A stretch of 63,930 bases of DNA, filler included. It is 6 parts of 6 records of this genome, joined end to end, with 100 filler letters (N's around TTAATTAATTAA, not from the genome) between each part and the next. Parts side by side here need not be neighbours in the genome. Positions count along the whole stretch, not along the records: positions 25,674 to 46,199 come from SRR31147125_37582; positions 46,300 to 57,080 come from SRR31147125_37583; 4 more parts are not named here. One strand, written 5' to 3'. The notes beneath the pieces were generated by a model. It searched no databases, had not been told where the DNA came from, and was given only the letters and a program-made list of their open reading frames with translations. Below are positions 40,901-51,696 of the stretch, piece after piece. The translations under genes were made by a program, and so were the position numbers. Each line of letters opens with the position of its first letter. The stretch's first letter is position 1.

Positions 40901-43900
40901 TTGCAGTGACACAGCCGTCGCCGAGATAGTGGTCTGATCGTCGTCATTCGCATCCACGATCGATCCCTGGGCCAGCAGTGACACATCGCCGGCTCCTGAA
41001 ACGACGGTGTTGATATTGAGATCGCCATTGGTCTCATCGATAAATATATCGTCTGTCGCAGCAGCGGTCAGCAGGTTCGAGTCGATCTCCAGGGAATCAT
41101 CGCTGCTGCCGATCCCCGCCGCCAGCAGGTTCAGGGAATCACCCACAACATCCGCTCCCGCATCCCCTTCACCGTCGAGCATGGAGCCCGGTGCGACCAG
41201 GTGCACGTCACCTGTTTGTGAGTAAATGGTGCCGATCGCCAGATCTCCTGCTGTCTCGGTCAGCCACACATCACCTGAAGCATAGGCAGATACCGGTCCG
41301 TCTCCGGAATCCACCAGGATCGGGTCACCGCTCAGGCCGACGATACCGAGGCCGGATCCGAGCGTGATGGTGTCCCCGACAATCATATGATCATGACCAT
41401 CGACATGAGCCGCCACGAGATCCCCGCCTACCTGGATGTCAACGTCCCCATCACCAAAATCGATAGCTCCGAGCTCGAGATCGACCTGAGCGCCGGTGAT
41501 TCTCAAATCACCGATATCCGCGCCGCTTTGTTCGATGACATAGCTGCCCCGTACAGCCGTGGACCCGGAACTCGTGTCGTAGAACGGCAACGTGAAGACA
41601 TCACGTGACGATGAGAGCTCAATCGTATTCCAGAACCCCGATGTCGCCAGCACATGCCCGTTCTCCGCCACCGACGCGGCAATAAGATCCGCAGCTTCCC
41701 GTGCTCCCGGCAGACCGTCATCAGAATCGTCATCATCGCTGTTCAGTGCATCGGCAAGCTGCTGCACCGTCGTTTCGCTTCCGGCCGTCGTGTTGAGCGT
41801 TATGGTTATGGTACTGATCCCGTCCGCATCCGGGTCAGAAACTAAGACCTGTGGTCCGGTTCCATTTCCAAGCGCTTCTTTGTGTATCTCTACATGGACT
41901 TCTCCGGCAGAATTCAAGGCCGCGTTGCTGGTCTCGGCAAGCTGGATGGCAGTACCGCTGAGCTTTATTACGTAATAGGATTCTCCATCGGTGAGGTTGG
42001 TAATCTCCCCTCCACCGGTGAGGTGATGATAGATGACCTCATCACCCGTCTCAAAGGTATGGCCTTTCTGGAACCGAAGTACATCGGCCTCGTTGTCGGT
42101 GGCCTCGATACTTATAACCGGGCTGAACGAATGGGCACTGCCGGTAGCCGCTGCCTGATCGAGTGAAACCGTGACCGGAATGGCCGCCATAGCATTATCG
42201 TAACTGTCCGCCAGCATGAAGGTGTCGTCATCCTGAGCGACCACGAAATAGACGCTTCCGCTCGTGATACCGCCGATATCGCTACCGCCGCTTCCGCTGT
42301 TGTACACAACTTTCTGGCCGTGTCCGAATCCATGGTCTGTATAGTGGATCACATCGCCCCAGCCGATCGAATGATCGTCACCGCTCGATTCACCGACATC
42401 GGTGATAATCCCCTGACCACTCGCTGCATTGGCAGAAGAAGATGCCAGGCGAATAATCGTGTCGTCTACGTCGATGACGTAGTACGTCTGCCCGCTTCTG
42501 AGTCCACCGATATCATCTCCTCCACCACTGCTGTAGGTATAGATATCACCGGTAGACAGATTGTGGTTCACACCGAAATCGATGCTCTCACGCGATACCA
42601 AAGTGTGGCTGGAGCCGGAAAGGGCAGACAGGCTGATTGCAGTATCAGATTGTGATTCCTGATAGCTCGAAGCGAGTTGAATCGAATTTCCATCAACACG
42701 AATGACATAGTAGGTATCACCGGCGTTGAGTTCTCCGCCGCTGTTGGACCCCGCGCCGTTGAGATACGTAACCGCTTCCCCATCGCTGAACGTATGGGAG
42801 CTTACCGTGATGGTTGCACCAGAGACGGCGGAATCGCCAAACGACTGGGCCACCTGAGATGGTCCGATTACGGATTGAAGCTCATGTGCTGTTCCACTCG
42901 CATCCTTCGGATCCAGCTTGATCACCGTCGGAGTGACGGCCACGGCCTGCGCGTAGCCTGCCGCAAGACTCAGGTACGTACCATGAATTCCGGCCACGTA
43001 GTAGGTTGTGCCGTCAATGAGACCGCCGACACTGGCGCCGCTTCCGTTTGAATATACAAGCGAATCGCCTCTCTGATACGACGATGCCCCATCAATACGG
43101 ATCCGCTCGAGCGTTTCAAACACGTGATCGCCAGACGCCGGGTTCGGGTTGATATTGATTGCATCTCCGTCTGGATCGTTACCGAGCTTGATATCGTTCC
43201 CGTCTATCTGGACAACATAATAGAACGAGCCGTCCGTCAGACCGGAGATGCTGGAACCACCGCTCTGGTTCTCATAGCGTACCACATCGTTTACCGAAAG
43301 ACCGGATGTATCGTCGATCTCCAGCCGTTCTCCAGAGATCAGGTAACTCTGATCCGATGCATCTGTATCCTCCGTCACATCGATGATCTGGCCGGAGGAG
43401 TTTTCGAGTTGGATGGTGTTCGCATCGATGTAATTCACCCAGTAGGTACCACTTGCGACCCCACCGTAATCCGAACCGGCAGTGAAAATGACCCGCTCAC
43501 CATCACTGAAGCCATGTGAGCTGATTGATAATCGGTTGGTATCCTTATTGAACTCAGAGGGTGCCAGTGATTGTTCGGTGCCGGATAATCCGATATCTTT
43601 CTCCACACCGCCCAACTCAGTCTGTGGGTCGAAACTGTCTGCCTCGGGTGACGGATCGAATTCGAGATTCAACGCACCGCTCGGATCAAAAACAGTTTGC
43701 CCCTGGAGATAGTAATAATTGCCGCTCAGGCCGGTCGCGTCGATATCGATCGCCCCACCCAGGTCCAGGGCGGACAGTTCCAAATCAGCGCGATTTCCGG
43801 TGGAATCGAGCAATTCACTGTCGAGGAAGTTCACCTGGACCTGCCCGTTTCCGCTGATATCGTGAATAATACCGTAGAACGGTTCCGATTCGATCTCATC

Positions 43901-46199
43901 CCGATCTATTCCCTTGATCTGGGAGTAAATATTTCCTGCAGCCTGCAAGGTCAGCTCCGGATTGAGCGTCCCGAGGATTTCTGCAAACTCGGGCGGAAGC
44001 GGGAAATCCTGGATCTGGGCCAGTTCGATGCCGAGCTGCTCGTCCGCAGTTCCGATATTGCCCTGCTGAGCCTCTACACTCAGGACTCTCGAGCGCACAC
44101 CGTCACCCGCCGCATGTATAGAACCAAGCCCCTCGTTGACAATCGATGTAATCCCGAAGGTCGCATCAATATACCCATCGAGATAGATTGACGAATCACC
44201 GTAATTATCGATACTCACGCTGTTTTCGGCAGGCCCGCTATGCATGGTATAGTCGAAGGTCTCCATATTGGGCTTGGAGACGTTGAATTCGAGCGGTGGT
44301 GCTGACGAGGCGCTGATTATCGTGTCGATATCCGAGACATGCAGATCGAGATCGGAGTAATTGCTGATATCCACCGTCATGGTCGTATCGAATTTGAAAC
44401 TCGCATCCCCTACCAGGGTCCCGAAAATCGAATCGAACAGCACCCTGCCCTGATCCGTGTTCTCGACATCATCGACAACCACCGTGTTGTCCGCTTCATT
44501 GACGGTTGCGGTGATCCCGTTCTGGGTCAGCGTGTTGTCTTCATGGACGATGAGCTCGGCGGGTCCACCGAGAATGGTCACATCCGAGTTGAAATCGATA
44601 TAGCTATCGCGGGATTCAGCCCCGTAGGTCTTCCCCTGGCTGTCGCTGTTAAGGACCTTTTTCACCAATCCCATGATCGGTTCGCACACTTCTTTTCCAT
44701 CCCACAGACCGAAGGTAATGATCTTCCAGACCGTTTTGCAGGCATAGTCAACTACTTCGGTCACCCACTCGACCACTGTCTCGGCATCGGTGTCGGCGAT
44801 GGTTTCCCACCCGCCGGCAACCGAAGTCGCGTTCCGCGAACTGGCCATGACCAGCAGGTCTCTGGTGGTCATCGTGGTATCTGTCTTGGTGGTTATGTCT
44901 GAGTCCAGATCGAGATCGTTATGCGCATTGGAATAGAGACTCCCCGTGAACCCGAATTCGATAGCGGTGTCGGCAATTGAAATGGACTTGACGTTTTTCT
45001 GGAGTGATTCAAGAACGATCTTGTCGGGTGCTTCGATATGGGATCCCTCGCCGAGCTCCACATAGGTCCGTGCGCCCACATCCACATCCGACGTCGCGCG
45101 GGTGATCCCGTTTGCCTGGAAGGTTTTCGAATAGGTCTCAGCCTTTGCAAGAAGGGCCTTATCCTGTGCCCGCAGGATGACCTGTTGACCTTCCACCGTG
45201 GAGTTGTCACCTATCATGACCTGGGTGTCGCTGTCGCTTATTTCTGCAGCGGCTTTGACCCTGACATTTGCGTCTGCCGCCGCAGCGTTCTGGGTCGAAT
45301 CGGCCCATATGTACATGGAGTTCAAGGCCTCGATCGAAAGGTCCGACCCGGCGTTGAGAACGTTTGTGTCGCCAATCAACACCTCGGTATCAAAATCATC
45401 TACCGTAACCGTTACGTCCACGCCGTTAGAGGTCACAAAGCCTCCGGAACCGCCAGTCCCCTTCACAGATACAGGGCTGCTTTCTGATGTACCGATAGTG
45501 TTTTCAGCGGTAATCAGGACGTCGCCCTCCGGAGCCTCCAGTGTTACATAATCCCCTGTCTTGATCAGTGCTCCACCATCAATGGTCACCGAACCGGTAA
45601 CCTTGGCGCCAACCGCAATACCTCCGGCATATGCACTGCTATTAGCCGATACGGTCGTATGAGAAGTGGCGTCTACGCTCAGATCTCCGGTCAGCGCAGT
45701 CAACGTTGCATTCGAACCGATCTCAGTGGTTACGGAAGAATCGATTTCGACATCCACATCGACTCCGCTGCCCGTGAGGACGCCAATGCCGAGAGTCTTC
45801 GCATTCGCCGTCGCCGATTTATCCGCATCTGCCAAAATAGCAATACTTCCCGCGGTAATGACGGCTCCGTCACCCACCCACGCATCGGTTTTTCCGGTGT
45901 TCGTGGCCTCACTGGTCATATCCGAGATTTCAACAACTCCACCTGAGGTGCCGGATGCATGAGCAGTTACCGTAGAGTCGGAGTCGGCATCGACCGTCAC
46001 CGCTCCGGTTCCTTCCTGTATCACGACACCGTCGCCGATAAAGGCCTCGTTGTTGCGCGTAATCGAGGCAGACGCCTTTGCACCGCTGCCCGTCAGCAGA
46101 CCTGCGGAACCGGTCAGAACGTCCGCATCTGCGTAGCTTGTATCGCTCGAACCGATGGCCAATGAGCCCGCCTTTACCACGGTCTCATCGCCGATGTAG
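37996..46199 (-). CDS. Giant repetitive Ca-binding (RTX-like) surface/secreted protein, >2700 aa, 5' end off the contig; two G-run frameshifts (~39675, ~39542)
   Basis: ORFs 39602-46180 and 37996-39537 are joined by an intermediate frame (GQGVTMFGDGGTAAY...GNDRITG). Many GGxGxDxL and DxIFGDNG repeats; beta-helix-like G/S/D/T-rich segments. Confidence 0.88.
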
Positions 46200-46299
46200 N
46201 NNNNNNNNNNNNNNNNNNNNNNNNNNNNNNNNNNNNNNNNNNNTTAATTAATTAANNNNNNNNNNNNNNNNNNNNNNNNNNNNNNNNNNNNNNNNNNNN
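46200..46299. other. Artificial contig spacer
   Basis: N44-TTAATTAATTAA-N44. Confidence 0.99.
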
Positions 46300-46372
46300 A
46301 TGTCCAGAATTATGAAAGAAGGCCGGAAACATTTGAAAAAATGGTCATTGTCTGTATAATTGTTATTACAGA

Positions 46373-46439
46373 TTGATACATTTTGGCATTATGTTGCTAC
46401 GTATGAGCAAGCGGTTTTTATGGGTTGCCTTTATTTTTG
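46373..46439 (+). promoter_or_regulatory. Direct-repeat operator plus Bacteroidota -7 promoter box upstream of the sulfatase operon
   Basis: TTGATACA (46373) and TTGCTACG (46394), 21 bp apart; TATTTTTG (TAnnTTTG) at 46432. Confidence 0.55.
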
Positions 46440-46472
46440 TTCAATTATTCGATAACTGAAAATGATGAACCA

Positions 46473-47804
46473 ATGAAAACCACAAGTATTATTTTTTTGA
46501 TGCTCCTTGTTTGTTTCAGTGTAATGGGGCAAAATTCTGAGAAACCTAATATCGTACTTTTAATGGCCGACGACCTTGGCTATGGGGACTTAAGTTATAA
46601 CAGTTGTCCCGATATTAAAACTCCAAATATTGATAAACTCACTAAACAAGGCGTTAGGTTTACCAATTACTACTCTTCCGGGCCGGTTTGTACACCAACC
46701 CGAACAGCTTTAATGACCGGCCGTTACCAGGCGCGTTTTAAAGATTTGGAGGGGGCACTTTACATGGACGTAACCAAAGTTGGGCTGCCCAAAGGTGAAG
46801 AAACCATTGCCCACGCTCTTCAACGAAATGGATATGCAACCGGAATGGTGGGAAAATGGCACATTGGCGAAGAAGAACCTTTGCAACCTCAGCACTTTGG
46901 TTTCGACGACTTTTTTGGTTTCTTGGGCGGAAATATAGATTATTTCAGGCATTGCCGGAAAAATCAGATTCCCGACTTGTGGCACAATGGAGAGCCGATT
47001 ACCGATGGTATGTACATGACCGATTTAATTACGAAAAAATCCAACGAATTTATTCAGAAACAGGCAAAAACGAAAATTCCATTCTTTTTATATGTAGCCT
47101 ACAACGCTCCACACTGGCCGTACCAGGGCCCCGACGACGAACCTTGCAAAGCCGATGGCTCGAATTGGATGATTGGAACCCGCGACCACATGGTTAAAAT
47201 GATTGAACGGCTTGATTATAGTGTTGGGCAAATTCAGAAAGAACTGAAAAAACAGGGGCTTGATAAAAACACCTTAATCATTTTCACCAGCGACAACGGT
47301 GGTGATAAACTGGCACGAAACTATCCGTTTTCGGGGAGAAAAGGCATGTTACGCGATGGTGGAATTCATGTGCCGTTAATTATGGTTTGGCCCAGAAAAA
47401 TTGAGCCGAATTCAGTTAATAGCACCCTGGCAATTACAATGGATATAAGTAAAACGGTTTTGGAAGAAACTCACTCCGAGTTTAAAACTGTTTCTGATGG
47501 TGTGTCATTACTAAATGAAGCTGCACTAAACAACGAGCGTTTTTTAGTTTGGCGAAACGAAGGAAAAAAAGGACGTGCTGTTCGAGCTGGTAATTGGAAA
47601 TACCTGCAAGAAAAGAAAGGTAGAGAAGTGGTGGAATATCTTTTTAATGTTGGAGAAGATGTTTCGGAATCAAATGATATTAAGGACGAGAATCCTAAAA
47701 TCTTTAAAAAACTAAAAAAGGAATTTGAGAAGTGGGAAAAAGAAATGCCTTATAAACAGACACTTTTTGGCTTCGCCCTAAAGAATTTTTACGCCGATAA
47801 ATAA
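46473..47804 (+). CDS. Sulfatase (S1, Cys-type)
   Basis: KPNIVLLMADDLGYGD, CTPTR, GKWHIG, APHWP, SDNGG; signal peptide. Confidence 0.95.
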   Translation: MKTTSIIFLMLLVCFSVMGQNSEKPNIVLLMADDLGYGDLSYNSCPDIKTPNIDKLTKQGVRFTNYYSSGPVCTPTRTALMTGRYQARFKDLEGALYMDVTKVGLPKGEETIAHALQRNGYATGMVGKWHIGEEEPLQPQHFGFDDFFGFLGGNIDYFRHCRKNQIPDLWHNGEPITDGMYMTDLITKKSNEFIQKQAKTKIPFFLYVAYNAPHWPYQGPDDEPCKADGSNWMIGTRDHMVKMIERLDYSVGQIQKELKKQGLDKNTLIIFTSDNGGDKLARNYPFSGRKGMLRDGGIHVPLIMVWPRKIEPNSVNSTLAITMDISKTVLEETHSEFKTVSDGVSLLNEAALNNERFLVWRNEGKKGRAVRAGNWKYLQEKKGREVVEYLFNVGEDVSESNDIKDENPKIFKKLKKEFEKWEKEMPYKQTLFGFALKNFYADK

Positions 47805-47897
47805 TACCAATTAAAAATATTTTATAACGATTTCAGCTTTCTGTTTACAAAACATTCAGAAAATGCTGAAGTACAGGGAATCTATACATCAAATTTT

Positions 47898-49904
47898 ATG
47901 GAATTAATATTAAAAAAGTCTATTGTGTTTCTCGTAGCGTTGGTTTTAATGGTCTCAAAATTAGCAATCGGAGAGAACCAATTCAAAATGAAAAGTCCTT
48001 CGAGAAATATTAAAGTAGTGTTGGTTGAAAAGAATGGAAAGTTGAACTATTCTGTGTTATTCAACAAAAAAGAGTTGATAAAATCATCCTTACTTGGGAT
48101 GAAATTTAAAGACGGCACCGACTTTTCTGAAGGATTAGAGCTTCGAATGATTGGAAAATCGAAAGCAAACAATACCTGGGAACAGCCTTGGGGAGAGTTA
48201 AAAACGATTACCGATAATCATGTTGAATATAACTATGAAATTTCAAAGGCCGACAAACGAATGTTACTTTGTTTCCGGCTTTTCGACGATGGTTTGGGAT
48301 TTCGTTACGAAGTGAAAAATAATTCCGGCTTTGATAAAGTAGAAATTACCGATGAAGTAACCGCTTTCAGTTTAAATGCATACGACAAAGCTTGGTGGAT
48401 TTCGGCCTACGATGCAAACAGCTACGAACATCTTTATACAAAAACAGCATTAAAAAATTTGAATGATACCGTTCATACTCCTTTTACAGTCGAAACTGTT
48501 TCGGGGAATTTTGTGAGTATACATGAAGCGGCGTTAACCAATTATGCTTCTATGACTTTGGTTTCAACAGCCGAAGGAAAAATGGAGTGCGACCTTGCTC
48601 CCTGGCCCGATGGAATTAAAGTTAAAACGGAGGCACCGTTTAAAACACCGTGGAGAACCATTCAGATTGCAAAAGATGCTGCCGGTTTAATGACATCTAC
48701 CATGATTTTAAACCTGAATGAACCCAATAAAATGGGAGATTGCAGCTGGATAAAACCCGGTAAATATGTTGGAATTTGGTGGGAAATGCACCTGAAAAAT
48801 TCAACTTGGAAACAAGGCGAAAAGCACGGAGCAAACACCGCAAATGTAAAACGTTACATCGATTTTGCTGCCAAATATGGTTTCGAGGGAGTATTGATAG
48901 AAGGCTGGAATTACGGCTGGGATGGCCAGTGGTTTAAGGACGGTTCAAACTTCCGTTTTTTCGAGCCTGTTCCCGATTTCGATTTGGATGAACTTTCAGC
49001 CTACGGAAAAGAAAAGGGCGTAAGTATAATAGGACACCACGAAACCGGTGGCGATGTGGCCAATTATTTGGAGCAGGTTGACGAAGCTTTTGAATATTGC
49101 AAAAAACACAATATTAAAGTCATAAAAACTGGTCATGTTGGGCGCTATTTAAACGGAGAACATACACACTACGGACAGTTTGCAGTTGAATTTTACCGAG
49201 GCATTGTTGAAAAAGCAGCTGAGGCGAAAATTATGCTCGATGTGCACGAGCCCATTAAACCAACCGGAATTCGCAGGACATGGCCAAATATGATGACTCG
49301 CGAAGGAGCACGCGGAATGGAATTCGATGCCTGGAGTAAAGACGGGGGAAATCCGCCAAACCACGTAACTATTCTGCCTTTTACGCGCTTGCTGGGCGGG
49401 CCAATGGATTACACTCCCGGTATTTTTGAAATGACTTTGCCAACGCGCCCAAATAACAGCTCGAACATGACTTTGGCAAAACAATTGGCGGTTTACGTTT
49501 TGTTGTATAGTCCCTTGCACATGGCTGCCGATTTACCCGAAAATTACGAAGGGAATCCTGCTTTTCAATTCATACTTGATGTGCCAACCGATTGGGAGAC
49601 AACACTTATACCTGAGGCAAAAATTGGAGAATTTGTAACCGTGGCTAGAAAAGACAGAAACAGCGAAGATTGGTATGTTGGATGTGCCACAAACGAAAGT
49701 GCACGTGCAATGCAAATTGATTGTTCTTTCCTCGGAAAAGGGAATAAATACAAAGCACAAATTTATCGCGATGCTGAGAACTCGCACTGGAAAAACAATC
49801 CGAAAGAAATTGTAATTGAAGTGATTGAAGTAACGTCGAAATCAAAATTAAAACTGAATCTGGCTTCGGGCGGCGGTGCGGCAGTTCGCTTTGTAAAGAA
49901 TTAG
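47898..49904 (+). CDS. Glycoside hydrolase family 97 (SusB-like)
   Basis: TPWRTIQI, WIKPGKYVGIWWEMH, IEGWN, GHHETGG, TREGARGME, GPMDYTPG, MAADLPENY. Confidence 0.95.
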   Translation: MELILKKSIVFLVALVLMVSKLAIGENQFKMKSPSRNIKVVLVEKNGKLNYSVLFNKKELIKSSLLGMKFKDGTDFSEGLELRMIGKSKANNTWEQPWGELKTITDNHVEYNYEISKADKRMLLCFRLFDDGLGFRYEVKNNSGFDKVEITDEVTAFSLNAYDKAWWISAYDANSYEHLYTKTALKNLNDTVHTPFTVETVSGNFVSIHEAALTNYASMTLVSTAEGKMECDLAPWPDGIKVKTEAPFKTPWRTIQIAKDAAGLMTSTMILNLNEPNKMGDCSWIKPGKYVGIWWEMHLKNSTWKQGEKHGANTANVKRYIDFAAKYGFEGVLIEGWNYGWDGQWFKDGSNFRFFEPVPDFDLDELSAYGKEKGVSIIGHHETGGDVANYLEQVDEAFEYCKKHNIKVIKTGHVGRYLNGEHTHYGQFAVEFYRGIVEKAAEAKIMLDVHEPIKPTGIRRTWPNMMTREGARGMEFDAWSKDGGNPPNHVTILPFTRLLGGPMDYTPGIFEMTLPTRPNNSSNMTLAKQLAVYVLLYSPLHMAADLPENYEGNPAFQFILDVPTDWETTLIPEAKIGEFVTVARKDRNSEDWYVGCATNESARAMQIDCSFLGKGNKYKAQIYRDAENSHWKNNPKEIVIEVIEVTSKSKLKLNLASGGGAAVRFVKN

Positions 49905-49966
49905 CTTTCCAGTCTACTCATCTTGTATCTAAACATCTTGTGTCTAATAGTCTAAAAAAATAAAAA

Positions 49967-51694
49967 ATGAAACTAAAAATATTAATTATCGCCTGCGTGG
50001 TGCTTTCCAACGTTGTGAGCATGAGTTTGCAGGCAAAAAACACCAAAAAGAAACCCAACATTGTTTTTATTTTAACCGACGACCAGGGTTACGGCGACTT
50101 TAGCTGTATGGGAAATCCGTATGTTAAAACTCCGGCCATGGACAAATTAAAAGAAGATGGTGTGTTTTTCAATAATTTCCATGTGAGTGCGGTGTGCGCC
50201 CCAACCCGTTCGTCGTTAATGACCGGGCGTTTTAATTACCGTACCGGCGTTTCGGGGGTAAATAAAAGCAAGGTAAACATGTATGCCGACGAGAATACCA
50301 TTGCCGAATACCTGAAAGAAGCGGGCTACAACACCGGGCTTTTCGGAAAGTGGCATTTGGGCTACAATTACCCCATGCGCGCCATCGACCAGGGATTTGA
50401 TGTTGGCTACATGTGGGACGAAATGCAGTATTTTCGCACCGACCCGGTAATGGAAGAGAACGGTACAAATAAAACCTACGAGGGCCGTTTTCTTACCGAT
50501 GTGGTTTTCGAAAAAGCCATTGATTATGTGGAAGAACAGTCGCAGAAAGAGGAACCGTTTTTTGCTTACATCGCCACATTTTTACCGCATACGCACCACG
50601 ATGGTTCGCAGGTGCCTGAAGAGTACATGCGCCGTTTCGATAAATACGACGAATTGAGCTGGCACACTCGCCAATGTTACGCCATGATTGAAAAGGTTGA
50701 TGAACAAATGGCATTGCTAATGAAACGCATTGAAGAACTTGGTGAAGAAGAAAATACCATCTTTATTTTTGCCACCGATAATGGCCCTGCCGAATGTTAC
50801 CCGGGGCAAAACCGCGATTGCCAGTTGCGTTATCGTTGCGGACTGCGCGGAATGAAAGGTTCGCCGTACGAAGGCGGAATTAAGGTGCCATTATTTATTA
50901 AGTGGAAAAACCATTTTAATGCCAATCTTGAAATCGACAAATACACAGCTCATGTCGATATTTTACCTACTGTGTTGGATATTCTGGACATTCCGATGAA
51001 AAAGGATAAAGTGATTGACGGCCGTAGTTTGTACCCGTTCATTCAGGAAAAAGAAAATGTAGCCTGGGAGAATTCGTATTTCTATCACCTGTACATTCCG
51101 AATATGGAGATTAAAGAACACAAATGGCTGAAGGGAACAATGGTAAACGGTGATTATAAACTGGTTGAAGGGAAAGAACTTTTCAACATCACCAACGATC
51201 CTTATGAGAAAAATAATCTGGCCACCGAAATGCATGACAAGTTTCAGCAAATGCGCGACGAATACGAAGCTCGTTTAGATGAATACTGGGCAGAACGAAA
51301 TGGTGTACGACAGCCAAATATTTTAGGTTCCGAAAAACAACCTTTGGTAAACATGTTCTATTTCGAAATTGTACCGGAAGAAAAAGGCTGGCCCGTAAAA
51401 GTTGAAAAGAACGGCCCGTATAAACTTTCAATCTACGATATTCAGCATAACGACATTAAACCGGGAGCAAAGTTTGTGTTGGAAGCAAAAAACAAGGTTT
51501 GGAAAATTGATATTGACAAAGCAAAAAAAGACCAGTTTTTATTGGGAATTGAATTGCCTAAAGGAGAATATTACCTGCGCTTTTATATTGAAGGCGACAA
51601 TTTTCCAAAGAAATTCTCGACCTGGACACCTGAGCAGGGACGCTACCACCGCGAAGAATACGGGCACCGCCGTGTAACGCTTGAATTGCTATAA
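49967..51694 (+). CDS. Arylsulfatase-type sulfatase (S1)
   Basis: KPNIVFILTDDQGYGD, CAPTR, GKWHLG, TDNGP. Confidence 0.93.
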   Translation: MKLKILIIACVVLSNVVSMSLQAKNTKKKPNIVFILTDDQGYGDFSCMGNPYVKTPAMDKLKEDGVFFNNFHVSAVCAPTRSSLMTGRFNYRTGVSGVNKSKVNMYADENTIAEYLKEAGYNTGLFGKWHLGYNYPMRAIDQGFDVGYMWDEMQYFRTDPVMEENGTNKTYEGRFLTDVVFEKAIDYVEEQSQKEEPFFAYIATFLPHTHHDGSQVPEEYMRRFDKYDELSWHTRQCYAMIEKVDEQMALLMKRIEELGEEENTIFIFATDNGPAECYPGQNRDCQLRYRCGLRGMKGSPYEGGIKVPLFIKWKNHFNANLEIDKYTAHVDILPTVLDILDIPMKKDKVIDGRSLYPFIQEKENVAWENSYFYHLYIPNMEIKEHKWLKGTMVNGDYKLVEGKELFNITNDPYEKNNLATEMHDKFQQMRDEYEARLDEYWAERNGVRQPNILGSEKQPLVNMFYFEIVPEEKGWPVKVEKNGPYKLSIYDIQHNDIKPGAKFVLEAKNKVWKIDIDKAKKDQFLLGIELPKGEYYLRFYIEGDNFPKKFSTWTPEQGRYHREEYGHRRVTLELL

Positions 51695-51696
51695 AT

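Noticed and set aside
49911-49955. Degenerate TCTTGT(A/G)TCT repeats between GH97 and the sulfatase
   Set aside because: Short low-complexity intergenic repeats with no spacer structure; not CRISPR.
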